The position numbers and the translations under genes were made by a program. The notes beneath the pieces are model-generated. The model worked only from the letters and a program-made list of their open reading frames with translations, ran no database searches and was not told the origin of the DNA. Positions 1 to 11,984 of a stretch of 64,000 bases of DNA are shown here, one piece after another. The stretch's first letter is position 1. Each line of letters opens with the position of its first letter. This stretch comes from Neoechinorhynchus agilis (Eukaryota > Animalia > Acanthocephala), in the NCBI GenBank assembly GCA_051530055.1, contig CM121341.1:5310784-5374783 (forward strand), written 5' to 3'.

Positions 1-3000
1 CGGACGTAGATTTGAGCCTTGATACATGAGAAAAAAGAAGAATATTCCGGTGGCATAAAGACGTGATACGCATGGATTATCTCGGATTATCAAGCTTAGT
101 AGGACAGCTACTTTCTCGACAATAATGGGATCAAACGTTAGTGCAAGTTGTGATAGTGTTGTAAGCGGGATTGGTTCACTTAAGATGGTCATTACACGTG
201 GAAGAGGGCGAACGACTGCTCCATTTTTACGACTTGGAAAGTATTTGCAGATACGGATTAAGGCCGATAGGATTGTGATCGCTAAATCGGTTTCAGTCTT
301 AAAATGAACCGACTCATCAACAAGAGCCATCCAGTAAAATTGAGATACTCGTTCGATTGGTCGCCAAGCTTCCATTCCTGGTGCCCATACTTGAGAATCG
401 GGACTTAGAGAACAATTTTCCTTTAACATTTCAACTATTTTCTGACCACTAAAAGGACCGGATCGTATACCTTTATCTTGAACATACCATTCAGCATAAT
501 CGGAAATACCTTCCGTACATGGAGCAGCTTCAATCATTGCACTTTGAAGAATTGGTGCTGCAAATGTTGCCCGATTCGTATGAAGATGGCACAATGGCAT
601 AAGATTGATCAAAACGTTTAATCCACGATTACAAATAAAATCGGAAGCACTTTGTTTGTGAAGTGTTAATGCAAAGCAAAAATCTATTAGGTGATCACGT
701 TCAATCCGATCAGCATTAGCACCCTTATCAATCAAATTGACAATGAAAGCAACGTCCGAAAACCAACCGATATGTTCAAAACAACTCGTGTACACGATTC
801 CTAAAGCACGAGCACACATTCGTCTCATTGAACTTTTTGGTTCACTCAAAAGAAACTTGTGATACAATTGATGGAAAAATTGAAACGGCTCAATAAAATC
901 ATTAGTAAGCAAATCAGATGATTTATCGATTAGCAATCGTAGGTAATAACTACCAATTTTTACTTCATCTTGTAAGCAAACGTAAGTAATAAAGAACTCA
1001 TCACAATTCCAAGCGATTTCAATACCCGGTGGACATAATGAACGAGCTTGAACGAATCCATTATATTCCGCGGCTAGTCGGTCTCTTAACTCACGACGTG
1101 TCTTAAAGTCCCAAATTAAGTCAGGTTTTATTGCATGAGTTCTTATGACGAGGAACGGCCGAATTCTCAAAAAAAGAGACGAAAAAATAAGAATCTCATT
1201 AATAAAGTTCGTCTGTAATTATGGGCATGTGAATGAATTTCTAAGTCCAAATGGTAGAAAAGAGGATTTTGTTAGCCCCGATTGGTTCATATCGCAATGA
1301 AGAACTCATGATTTATGTGATCCTGATAGAATGAGTGAAAGAACATTTGCCAATTGAGTGTACAAGCATCTGCTGGTCTAGGTCGTTTCCTCCTCAACAC
1401 GATTAGACCGCTTCCAGAAGACCACGAAGCATTATCCGATTTAAGATTAATTCGAAGTTTCCAGTGATTAAGAGCTCGATTCACGTGTTTTTCGATGAAC
1501 AAAAGGCTCTTAAGTGCGGCCGATTCATTCTGTCGTCCTAGGACACTGACATTATCACGTTTCATTTGTTGAGCCGTTGCATCAGTACTTGACGAATTTT
1601 CAAGACAGCAACAATCTTCAACGAAATCCTTTGGATTATTCACTCGCTCATTCGAAGTTAAAGCTCTAAGAAGTCCTGCAGGAAATATTCTTTTAAGCAG
1701 GACATAGGTTTCGCCGATAACTCCATCAGTAGTCCACAGATCAAGCAATGATCGACTTAACTTTCTAACAAAGGTTCGATCGCCGCCAGCAGTTGAAGTC
1801 ACAGCCGCAGGGCCATAAAGAGCAGTTGATAGATGTGAGAGGATGGATCCTTCAGTAAGTGCAAGACCAATAAGTCGACTACGTGCCTCTCCTTTGCTTT
1901 CCTCGATTAATGCTCGTAATATAAGGGCAGCACCTTTCCTTACTGTAAGAGATGGATGATCGACGAGTTGATAGAAAAGATTAGATGCGCTATTCCTAGG
2001 AGATGCTGTGAGTGCGAGGATTTGCTCAAATTGTGCTCCATCCGTCGTTTCCGAGAATGGAGCACATAATGCAAAAGTGAAGAAATCCAATAGTGAACAA
2101 ACGACAAGACTGCTTGTACCGCTCTTCACACATTCCCATAAACGATTCAATAAAGAAGCCAGAAATCGAGTCGAGTGAAGGATATATTTTTTATTACTTT
2201 GTTCTCTGAGTAGATCGTTTGCAGTAGCATTATTGGACTCCATGTTCGTATCAATCGATGATTCTTCATACGATGTGATCGGTTGTTGCATTAGGACGTT
2301 CAATGCTTCTACGGCTGCATAAGCTGCAGCAGAATCATTGCATTTTATGGCACGACTGACCGACCGTCCCATACTTTCCCGGAATTGCTGCATGGCTGAA
2401 AAGCATTCAAATCCAGCTTGGCAGCATAGAAGTCGTCGCATCGCTAAAAATTTAAGTTCAAGTTGAACGGGTGTTTCCTCGCGTTCGTCGTTATTGACCA
2501 GAGCTACCAAAGCACTCGTAATGAGTCTATTTCGGTTTTCGGAGAAATAATTCAAAGAAGATCCATTAGAATGGCCAATAAGTGGTCCGCCGTGATTTAT
2601 GTTACACACAAACCTCAGTTGATCTTCGGCAAAATCGTCCGCTGAAACGAAGTTATGTGAAGCCAAAAGTAAACGGACGTGGATTTCCTCAACGTCCGGA
2701 CCGTTCGAACGATCCAGTGGTGCCCAATGCATCGATCGTTCATACACATGACTATGAACGTAAGCATTTATGTTTCCGGACGCTCGGATTGAGTCTAGAA
2801 GAGCAACTAAAAGATTATCTCGATCGGAACTCGCGTAGGAACGTTTTTTGTGGATTTCGTCGTCATTGGTAGAAGAAGTAACGATTTCAAATCGTCGCAT
2901 ATCAGTCGGACATCGATGAAGAGAATGTATATGACTATAAGGAATGAGAGATGAGATGGAATAGGTCCTGGGGTCACGTTCGACCATACAAGTCGTCGAT

Positions 3001-3752
3001 AGACACAATAATCGTTGTTTTGTTTGTTGTTTGTAAACACTGAATTCACTTAAAGATGCCTGGGCTTCTGATCGGCCATAAAGTGGACCGAATCGAAGGT
3101 CAAAGTGACCAAGATCGCTGGTACGAATAATGTTCAATTGAATGGCAAGTTCTCTATTCATCACTTGACTTAGTGCGTTCGCAAATGCGTTTGTATTATC
3201 GTTAAAAGATAGCCGGAAAGTGTGTGAGCGCTCGAATGGACGGAGAACCAATCGAACAAGATTATCTTGCGAAGATAAATCCAATCGATCGATATTAGAG
3301 AACAAATACGAAGATAATAGAAGTCGATTAATGTCGCAGCTGTATACCTCGACGGCCCACGTCGTTATCTTCAATTGAACTTTTCTCTCAGTGCCATTCC
3401 ATGTCATTTTGTAAGCCTCAAACGAGATGGGATTATCTCCAACGAGTTTTCCTATAAGCCGATTGGCATCAGTGATTAAATCTGATCGGAAATCACATGA
3501 AAATCGCATCGTGTCACTGTTGGCCGCATTGCTTCGTTGTTTCCGAAACACAAATGTGAATTCGGTCGGTACACGAGGATTCGGAACGAGTTCCAGGACC
3601 GAGTCCAGTTGCCATTGATTGGTTATTTCGAGATTAGACGGATTTAGAGTACGAATTTCCAATCGATTTAGAACAAATACTCGTTTGTACTTACCCTTCC
3701 ATGAGTGCTTCACCACAAAATACGATGAAATGTCGCCTTTAGAAGTTTGCAT
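1..3752 (-). CDS. DNAJC13: RME-8 / DNAJC13 endosomal J-domain protein, 5' part (runs off the window); exons 3752-1312 and 1126-<1
   Basis: N-terminus SYFVVKHSWKGKYKRVF matches RME-8 (TKHSWRGKYKRVF). After a 185-nt interruption the frame resumes as KPDLIWDFKTRRELRD...DEVKIGSYYLRLL...SRLYATGIFFFFLMYQGSNLRP, all RME-8 blocks by manual comparison; no stop to base 1. Confidence 0.92.
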
Positions 3753-3971
3753 TTCAATTGGATTTGAAGACGAGAATATAAGAGATTCATTGCGTAAGGA
3801 ATCGGTGTTCTCCCGTGTTTTTGACTTGAAGCGTCAATCGAACCATTTAAAGAAAATCGATTTGATCGAGTCGAAACGTTTCTTCTAGTCGTTCGTCCAT
3901 CAAAATTTGAGATGGGAGCATTCTTTAATGACGAATGAGCCTTTTTAGACGCATAGTTTCTACAAATCAGC

Positions 3972-4550
3972 CCAGAGATCATCTCAAAATCGAATCATCC
4001 CCAAGGATCTTCTCTTTTTGATGATCATTTAGAGACGTGTGATGCTATTTATCCGAGATCATCTCAAAATCGAATCATCCCCAAGGATTTTCTCTTATTG
4101 ATGATCATTTAGAGACGTGTGATGCTATTTATCCGAGATCATCTCAAAATCGAATCATCCCCAAGGATTTTCTCTTTTTGATGATCATTTAGAGACGTGT
4201 GATGCTATTTATCCGAGATCATTCAAATCGAATCATCCCCAAGGATTTTCTTGTATGATCATTTAGAGACGTGTGATGCTATTTATCCGAGATCATCTCA
4301 AAATCGAATCATCCCCAAGGATTTTCTCTTATTGATGATCATTTAGAGACGTGTGATGCTATTTATCCGAGATCATCTCAAAATCGAATCATCCCCAAGG
4401 ATTTTCTCTTTTTGATGATCATTTAGAGACGTGTGGCGACCAAATAATCCTCGGAGAAATCAGCCCAGAGATCATCTCCAAATAGAATCTTTCCATAGGA
4501 TTTTCTCTTATTGATGATCATTTAGAGACGTGTTGTGACCAATTAATCCC
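3972..4550. repeat. Tandem array, ~80-bp unit, ~7 copies (CCGAGATCATCTCAAAATCGAATCATCCCCAAGG...)
   Basis: Unit starts at 4053, 4133, 4213, 4286, 4366; homologous to the array at 50926-52110. Confidence 0.95.
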
Positions 4551-4809
4551 TTGATCAAACGCACATTTTATTGTTACATTTCGTGAAAACGCTTAATCAG
4601 TCATCTAAAAAGATTTTTGATGATTTACACAAATAGATTCATGCGGTGAAGCGATTTCAAATGCACAGATCGAATCTTTGGGAGGGAAGTTGTAAAATTG
4701 AACCGTAATGTATAAAGAATGGCCGTAAATAAGCTGGAAAGGTACGCGGACTCCGCAATGACAAAATGAGTGTACCGGTTTCTTTGCCTTTTTGATCTAT
4801 TTTTAAGCT

Positions 4810-4997
4810 TAAGCTCTTTGATCAGGTAGATCCTTTTCTCTCCCACTATCTGGATCAAACTTATACTTTTTATGAAATTCGGCGATAACAAGTCTCCTTA
4901 TTTCCAAGCTCTTTGATCAGGTAGATCCTTTTCTCTCCCACTATCTGGATCAAACTTATATTTTTTATGAAATTCGGCGATAACAAGTCTCCTTATT
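4810..4997. repeat. Direct duplication of ~95 bp abutting the 5' end of the RT fragment
   Basis: AAGCTCTTTGATCAGGTAGATCC...CAAGTCTCCTTATTTCC occurs twice in tandem. Confidence 0.9.
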
Positions 4998-6050
4998 TCC
5001 GCAAAACCCGCCGCTCTTTCAAAAATCATCGAAAAATGTTTTAAATCTTGCCTTCTTTCACTTCTCAACGAGAAGTTATCGCCCCTGCAATTTGGCTTCC
5101 GGTCCAAATTTACTGCAACCGATGCCCTACTTTGCATTAATGAGACGCTCGTAAGCAACAGCGACAATAACTCCTCCCACTTCACCCGTCTCATTCAACT
5201 TGATTTATCGAAAGCATTCGATTCCGTGGACCATTCACTCTTTCCCCGGGCCTGCTCCGGATTTGGTCTCAATTTGTGGCAGATCCGCTGGCTCCAATCT
5301 TATCTTCACAATCGCAAACAATACATTCACAGCCGTTCTACCTCTTCTATCAGCCTATCTCTCACCAAAGGCGTACCTCAAGGTGCTTTCATCACTTCTC
5401 TTTAATATTTTCCTTAACGACCTCAAACCTCTCTTCTCTCACTGTAAACTCTTCTTATACGTCGACGATATCACCTTCATCACCCTTTAACCCTCACCTC
5501 TCGCTCCTTAACCTCTAAGGAAATCACACAGAAAAGATTTCTGCACCAATCACAAACTCTACTTGAATTTCTCTAAATGCTTCGAAATTATCCTCTCTCT
5601 CCCGCAACCCCACATCATCCCCTGAGTTTCCAAATGACATCTTACGAGTCAGCTCCCTAAGAATTCTGGGTACTAATTTCAATCAAATTTGAAATGGGAC
5701 TCGCACATCACTCTCCCCTCAAGCAAAACGCCTTTAAAAATTATCTCCTCAAACGCCTTGCCCCCATTTCACGCGAGCACAACACTCGTAATCCTAACTC
5801 GTTTCATCCTCCCCCTACTCTGCCCAATCTTCTCTCGGATATCAGAACTTGAAATGAACCTGAGGAAAGACCAACTTTGCAAGCACTTCTGCATAACCGG
5901 ATATTTTCACCCGAACGAACCGTCCACGACTGGATAGTTCCTACCCAAATAGACATCCCTCCGACCAGATATTCCCACCCGAACGAACATCCCTCGACTG
6001 CATATTCCCATATTAACGAATGAGGACCCAAAGGTCATGGGTCCTCTTAA
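4985..6050 (+). mobile_element. Decayed, 5'-truncated non-LTR retrotransposon reverse transcriptase (CR1/L2/Jockey-type)
   Basis: Motifs QFGFR (~5088), LDLSKAFDSVDH (~5199), KGVPQG (5367), LFNIFLNDL and LYVDD (~5455) in shifting frames; 9-bp hairpin GAGGACCCA/TGGGTCCTC at ~6023-6047. Confidence 0.85.
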
Positions 6051-6356
6051 ACATTTCTTTCTATTCAATAACATTTCAGCATTCTGCTGCAGGAAAATTC
6101 ATTTGCTCCCTATAAGCTATAAAAACAAGCTATGAGTTTCTTCGCTTTAACCTGAGTGCTCTAAAGTTTCTTAGAACCTTAATGGTTGGCACATGAATTT
6201 TTGGCGGACACTTTTTTGAACCCAAGATTGTTTTGAAACTTTGTGATGACCGAATACTTTTTCTCTTCGGGAACCAAGAAAGTCATTGGTCTCAAAGGAA
6301 TCAAAATATCAGAACCATGATTTGGCTATGAGGAAAGACCAACCTTACAAACCTTC

Positions 6357-6880
6357 CAACCCGCGCCCGGACTCGTAATCCACTCCAAAGTCAATAGCCA
6401 GATTCATTTATCAAATCAGAACTCGAGTGTCCCCATCCCGAAAAAAATATTGATTAGACAAGTCTTCACCCGCGGTTTTGTGAACCTCGTCGTGTTCATC
6501 ATCCATTTACAAAACCTCGAGATTCGCAAACCGTTTTTTAAATGAAGAAAAAAGGTATTTATAGTGGTTGAAGACTTTTGAACATTAATTTGATCATATT
6601 CGCCTTGACCTCCTTACATCACCGGATCGAAAAGGTACGTTTTTTTGGATATTGCCAACCCGCGCCCGGACTCGTAATCCACTCCAAAGTCAATAGCCAG
6701 ATTCAATTATCAAATCAGAGCTCGAGTATCCCCATCCCGAAAAAAATATTGATTAGACAAGTCTTCACCCGCGGTTTTGTGAACCTCGTCGTGTTCATCA
6801 TCCATTTACCGAACCTCGAGATTCGCAAACCGTTTTTTAAATGAAGAAAAAAGGTATTTACCGTGGTTGAAGACTTTTGA
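6357..6880. repeat. Direct duplication, ~300-bp period, just downstream of POLR3B
   Basis: CAACCCGCGCCCGGACTCGTAATCC...GGTTGAAGACTTTTGAAC present at ~6357-6581 and ~6656-6881. Confidence 0.92.
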
Positions 6881-6933
6881 ACGTTTTTTTTGGGTTGATG
6901 TACTAGATTCCCCCACTCTCTTTAAATTGGGCA

Positions 6934-9900
6934 TTATTTCTTAACAAATTCAATTCCGCGTGCGACACTTTTAAGCTGAATTTTGGGCGCGATTCCCATA
7001 CAATGTAGTTCTTGAAATAAAAGCTTACATGCATACGGCAATGATATTGGATGCACTTTTTGTGAGCTCTGACAATACGTACACCATTGCCTGTATCCGA
7101 AGAATCCGCATTTCTCACAAACGTCTACTTCTGTTTGATCGCATGAAACATTTAATCGTTCATGGATTAAAAGACTTGTGCCGTGACTCAATAAACAATC
7201 TCTCTCCATTTCACCCAACCTAAGACCTCCATCACGACATCTACCTTCGGTTGGTTGACGGGTCAAACTAGTCATTGGTCCGGTTGAACGGGCATGCATT
7301 TTATCCATGACCATATGTTTGAGCCGTTGATAGTATATAGGACCGAAGAATACATAGGCTTCATGCGGACAACCGGTCATCCCATTTATCATGATCTCCT
7401 TTCCACCATAATCATAACCATTGGCAAGTAGACATTCAGTGATGTGCTTTACTGGATCGTCTTGGAATGCTGAAGCATCTTGGAATCGACCTGATATCAG
7501 ACCAGCTTTCCCTGAAACTAACTCTATCAGTTTAGCGACCGTCATCCGGGATGGAAAGCCGTGTGGATTCATGATGATGTCCGGTCGCATTCCAGTCATC
7601 TCACTGAATGGCATATCTTCTTCTGGAACAATAAGACCAATAACTCCTTTTTGCCCATGACGACTGCTGAACTTATCACCAACTTCTGGCCGACGCGTTT
7701 GCCGAAGGAGCACTTTCACAACCATGTCCCGATCGTTCTCGGATACCATAACTCTATCCACGTAAGATGGATAGTCGTTTCGATATTTTAACGGAGTGGA
7801 ATGGTAGTAATCGGGGAGGCTATCAAGTACTCATGGGAAAATGCAATCTTAAAATTGTGAATGTGTGCCGAAAGGCCACACTTAAAAAAAACATAGAATA
7901 AAAGTTAATGGCTTCAAAAATAGGAAAAAATTCAATTGGCCCAGGATTAAAAACTGGCCGAAGTTTGTACATTCCGTAACTAAAGCTTCTGATCCCGGTT
8001 TGTTGGGTCAACTAGTTCGAATCCGTTACCACAAATGACTCACAACCAAAAAAGGGGCCGAAATACCTCGATGAAGCCAGGAGGAAACTCACTGATGAGT
8101 CCTACGTCCTCCTGGGGAGGTATCTGAGGATCCGAAGTGTTGAGTACAACAAACCCATACAGAGCAGGGTATAAAGTGTGGCTTTGTGGCCAAACAATAA
8201 AATTATAAAACAAAATATTCAAAAGGTTAGCGGCGAATAAGGTGTAGGAAAAGTGAAATTTCTCATTACCACCGAAAGCAATTTCCCATTTACATCACTA
8301 GGATCAGGCGGCGGTGCCATCGATCCACCAGGTCTGGTGCCTCTATCCTCACTGGTCACCTTACATGAACAATCTCTGGCTCTCTATGAAACTAAGAAGA
8401 GATTGTTCATTTCTTAGGAGTGACTTTATTCACGAGGACATCATCGCGCTTTACTTTCGATCCGACCCTAACCAGACCATCAATATCCAACTTTTCATGT
8501 CCAGGGGCTGGACGAGTCACCAATCTTCCGTCTATTTCCATTTCTCTCATCAATGGTCCTACAATTCTATCCTTGATTGCGTGAGTATACTCACGGAGCG
8601 TCGTTGTTTCCTTTCGATACGTAAAACTTCTCGCAAATCCTCTATCAAGCGAAGCTTTGTTCATAATTAAAGCATCCTCAATGTCATATCCGCTATAGGA
8701 CATGATTGCGACTATCGCGTTCGTACCAGAAGGAAGTAAGTTATAGTTTGTGAGTTCCATGGATCGACTGGCGACCAATGGACGTTGAGGACTAACGAGT
8801 AGATGAAGGAGAGTGTCGATTCTACACTGTTGATTGTAACCCATGGCTCCCATCGCCTGTTTCCCCATGGCACATTGATACGTATTTCTCGGAGCTTGGT
8901 TGTGATTGGGATAAGGAACGATATTTGCACAAACACTCATGAGAGTGAACGGATCAAGCTCTAAGTGAGTTATGCCAGGTTTGCATTGGTCGATCGAAAT
9001 GGCAGTTTGGACGTTTCGCATTTCATATGCGTCCAGGAATTCGATCTTTCCCATTGAAAGAAAATGATCGAAAACAAAGTAGCCTATGGAGCATCTTCGG
9101 ACGTCTTCGTCGGTGAGTCTCGGTTGTCCCGTGTCCGGATCGCAGATAATGTACGGACGACACATTCTACCAGCATCACAACTGATCTGAACACAGCGAT
9201 AGTATTCGTCCACAGCGACTGATACGAATGGATCAAGATCTCCTCGACGTCTACATTCCCTCATTCGTTGCGCCAAGTCTCTTGGATTATCGGTTATACC
9301 GATTATTTCGCCATTTAACAGTACCGGATAATGAGTGTGGAGCTCCACTACAAGTTGGCCTTCGAGTGTACCACAAAGAAGAGCTCTTTGTCTAACCGGT
9401 TCAATGGGTAAGTCGGATGTGACTTCAGTAACCAACGCTAAGTTCTTAATAAGTCCACAAGCCTCACCTTCAGGAGTATCAACAGGACACACAAAACCCC
9501 ATTGGGATACCTGGAGTGCTCTGGGTCCGGACGTTTTCATTGACCTTGCAACATGTCCATTGATTCGAGTGAGCATTCCAAGACACGCAATATAGGAAAG
9601 TCTTGAAACGATTTCTGTCACGCCTGATCGATCCATCTTAAACCGTTGAATTCTCCAATTCCCAGTTGAAAACGCCATCACGAATCCCTCTTTCATTAAG
9701 CCCGTCCGAAGAGAAACAAGAGCGTCATAATCAGCTCCTGGATTCCTTTTCCGTGACTCGTGTGACATTGACTGATGCAAATCAAAATTCATTCTTTTGA
9801 AAAGATCTTCAAATAAATAGGCAACCATTTCTCCTCCTAACTCCAGTTTTTTATTTATATAATGATCTCGGTCGTCAGGTTGCCTCTTTCCCCGTTCGAC

Positions 9901-11760
9901 CATAATTGCTCGATTGATCATATGGGCTAATAAAAGTGCTTTTGGTCTTAAACAGAAATTCCGAACTTCAATATGATTGAGAAATGCGTGTAGAAGAAAA
10001 GCCATTCCCGTCATTCTAAAACGTTCAAGATTAGCACGATCGGTGTTATGGTAGACCAAGTTAAAATCCGGCATATCGGGTACTTTAAACGTATTCCTAA
10101 CTCGTTTACCAACATAAGCAAGAGCTTGTTTGTGAGTGAATACTTTAAGGGCATGGCATCGTAGAAGAGAGAAACTCATTTTCAATTCCATTCGTCTCCT
10201 TTCATCACCGTTACAACCAATACCGCCCACCAATAGCATTATGTCTCGATCAGCAATTATCCCTAGAGCTCTCATCATCACACATACCGGGATATCTTCT
10301 CGAAGACTACTGTGCCGAACTAAATATCCTTCTTCAATCTGGTCAGTGCTAACAAAAAGCCGCATTTTTGTTATAGCCTTCGAAGCTGAACTGATTATAG
10401 AACACGTTATTGTATTTTTATCATCGTCTTTCTCAACCAAAAGACGATTGCTTATTTGCTGCTCTTGGATCAATACGACTCGTTCGGTTCCACGAACTAT
10501 AAAGTATCCACCGGGGTCCAGAGGACATTCTTGTACTGAGAGAATTTTGGTTGATTCGAGAATAGGGAAAAGTTAGTCTATCTTCGACTGATTTCTCAAA
10601 CTCTTGTTTTCTTTTTCGATTGCCTTTATTTGCAAAAACACTTTTTCAGCTCAAGTGTTTTAGTCGCCGACGAGTGTGAAAGAGAATCGCTATTTTATCA
10701 AATAAAGACAATCAGAAAAAAACAACAATAACGCCGGGGTCCAGAGGACATTTCCTGATACTGAGAGAATTTTGGTTGATTCGAGAATCGGGAAAAGTTA
10801 GTCTATCTTCGACTGATTTCTCAAACTCTTGTTTTCTTTTTCGATTGCCTTTATTTGCAAAAAGGCTTTTTCAGGTTAATTGTTTTAGTCGCCGACGAGT
10901 GTGAAAGAGAATCGCTATTTTATCAAATAAAGACAATCAGAAAACAATGAGAATCCGCTTTTAAGAAAACTAAATTCTACTCTGTAAATTCATCAAAAGA
11001 AAGTTTATAGATATTTGAGGTCGTCCAGTCGATGCAACCTTTAGATTAAATGTCACATATCATTGTCCTCGGGGTGAATTTGATTGTACGTTGGCGAATC
11101 CTGTCCCCGGTGTTATCGTTACTTATTTATTTTCGAGATATTTCACAAGGTTTTCCTTGCCTCTTCAGTCGCCATTGTTTGTAAGTTTTTAAATAGACAC
11201 GAACTCGAATATTTAAAAACTTACAAGCCATAGCGACTGAAGAGGCAAGGAAAACCTTTTGGAGATATTTCTCAACGCCAATGTACAACTAAGATTCAAC
11301 CGAAACTCGATCATAAGGCAATAATCTCTTCCTCACTCCTTCCCCTTAAAGTACATCTACAGCTTCGTAACATGATCGGGATTTCTCCAATACAATAGTC
11401 TTTTCGGAACAATCGCTCCTTTTTTCTCACATACTCAATATCCGCTAGGACTTTTGCAGAATATGTCATATCGCGAAGTCTACACTCATGAGGGCCAATC
11501 GGTCGAGTCGATCCATCCGGATTGATAACACTTGGAAACGACACTCGGACGTCCCGATAACGAAGGTATATCTTTGGTAGAGCTTCGGATCGTACTGTAC
11601 TATTCGCCATGACAATCCGTTTTAGTCCATGTTCAATAAAATGGTCAAATGATCGAATGTGTTGACGAAGAAGACCTCGGCATTTGACTAACTGTTCGAA
11701 CAGATCGCCGCGATCCGTCAGTGTCTTCAATGCGCCTTCTCCGGATCTTTCCGGCGTCAT
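6934..11760 (-). CDS. POLR3B: RNA polymerase III second-largest subunit RPC2; exons approx 11760-11314, 10533-8413, 8359-8291, 7827-6934
   Basis: Hallmarks [92 protein letters not shown]. Exon boundaries are inferred from alignment and are non-canonical (see findings). Confidence 0.93.
8054..8128 (+). ncRNA. Putative non-circularly permuted hammerhead ribozyme, copy 1 (inside a POLR3B intron, antisense)
   Basis: GGGGCC-GAAA-TACCTC...CTCA-CTGATGA-GTCCT...GAGGTA-TC-TGAG: complete core, stems I and III perfect, one mismatch in stem II. Confidence 0.7.
10510..10945. repeat. Tandem duplication (~224-bp period) of the 3' end of POLR3B intron 1 plus the first ~25 nt of exon 2
   Basis: CCGGGGTCCAGAGGACATT...GACAATCAGAAAA at ~10510 and ~10734; the second copy has indels in the exon part. 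Confidence 0.9.
11147..11258. repeat. Near-perfect ~50-bp-arm palindrome inside POLR3B intron 1
   Basis: AAGGTTTTCCTTGCCTCTTCAGTCGC..TTGTAAGTTTTTAAATA pairs with TATTTAAAAACTTACAA..GCGACTGAAGAGGCAAGGAAAACCTT. Confidence 0.9.
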
Positions 11761-11984
11761 CTGAACTCTAACTTTAAAAGAGTGGAAAAATGTTGACGTT
11801 CCATTCAAATACGAAATTTAATAGACGAAAAAACAAATAGGATATTCTTACACAAAAACAATTGAAATTTAAAGACCTAAGATCAAGAAAAGACTTTTTA
11901 AAATGTTCCCCAAAGCTAACACAATTCAACGACCAGTAACTTTCGAGTAAAATATCGAGTGGTAGATAATTCGTTCAAGAAAAA

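Noticed and set aside
4625-4891. 88-aa minus-strand ORF next to the RT fragment
   Set aside because: Begins inside the 95-bp duplication, no motif, no support.
6340-6830. Minus-strand MDDEHDEVHK... reading in the 300-bp duplication as a gene
   Set aside because: Both copies hit TGA-TAA after ~31 codons, and no family is recognisable.
7950-8030. GTTCGAATCC as part of a tRNA gene
   Set aside because: No cloverleaf; the motif instead pairs with 8128-8136. Kept only as a possible B-box.
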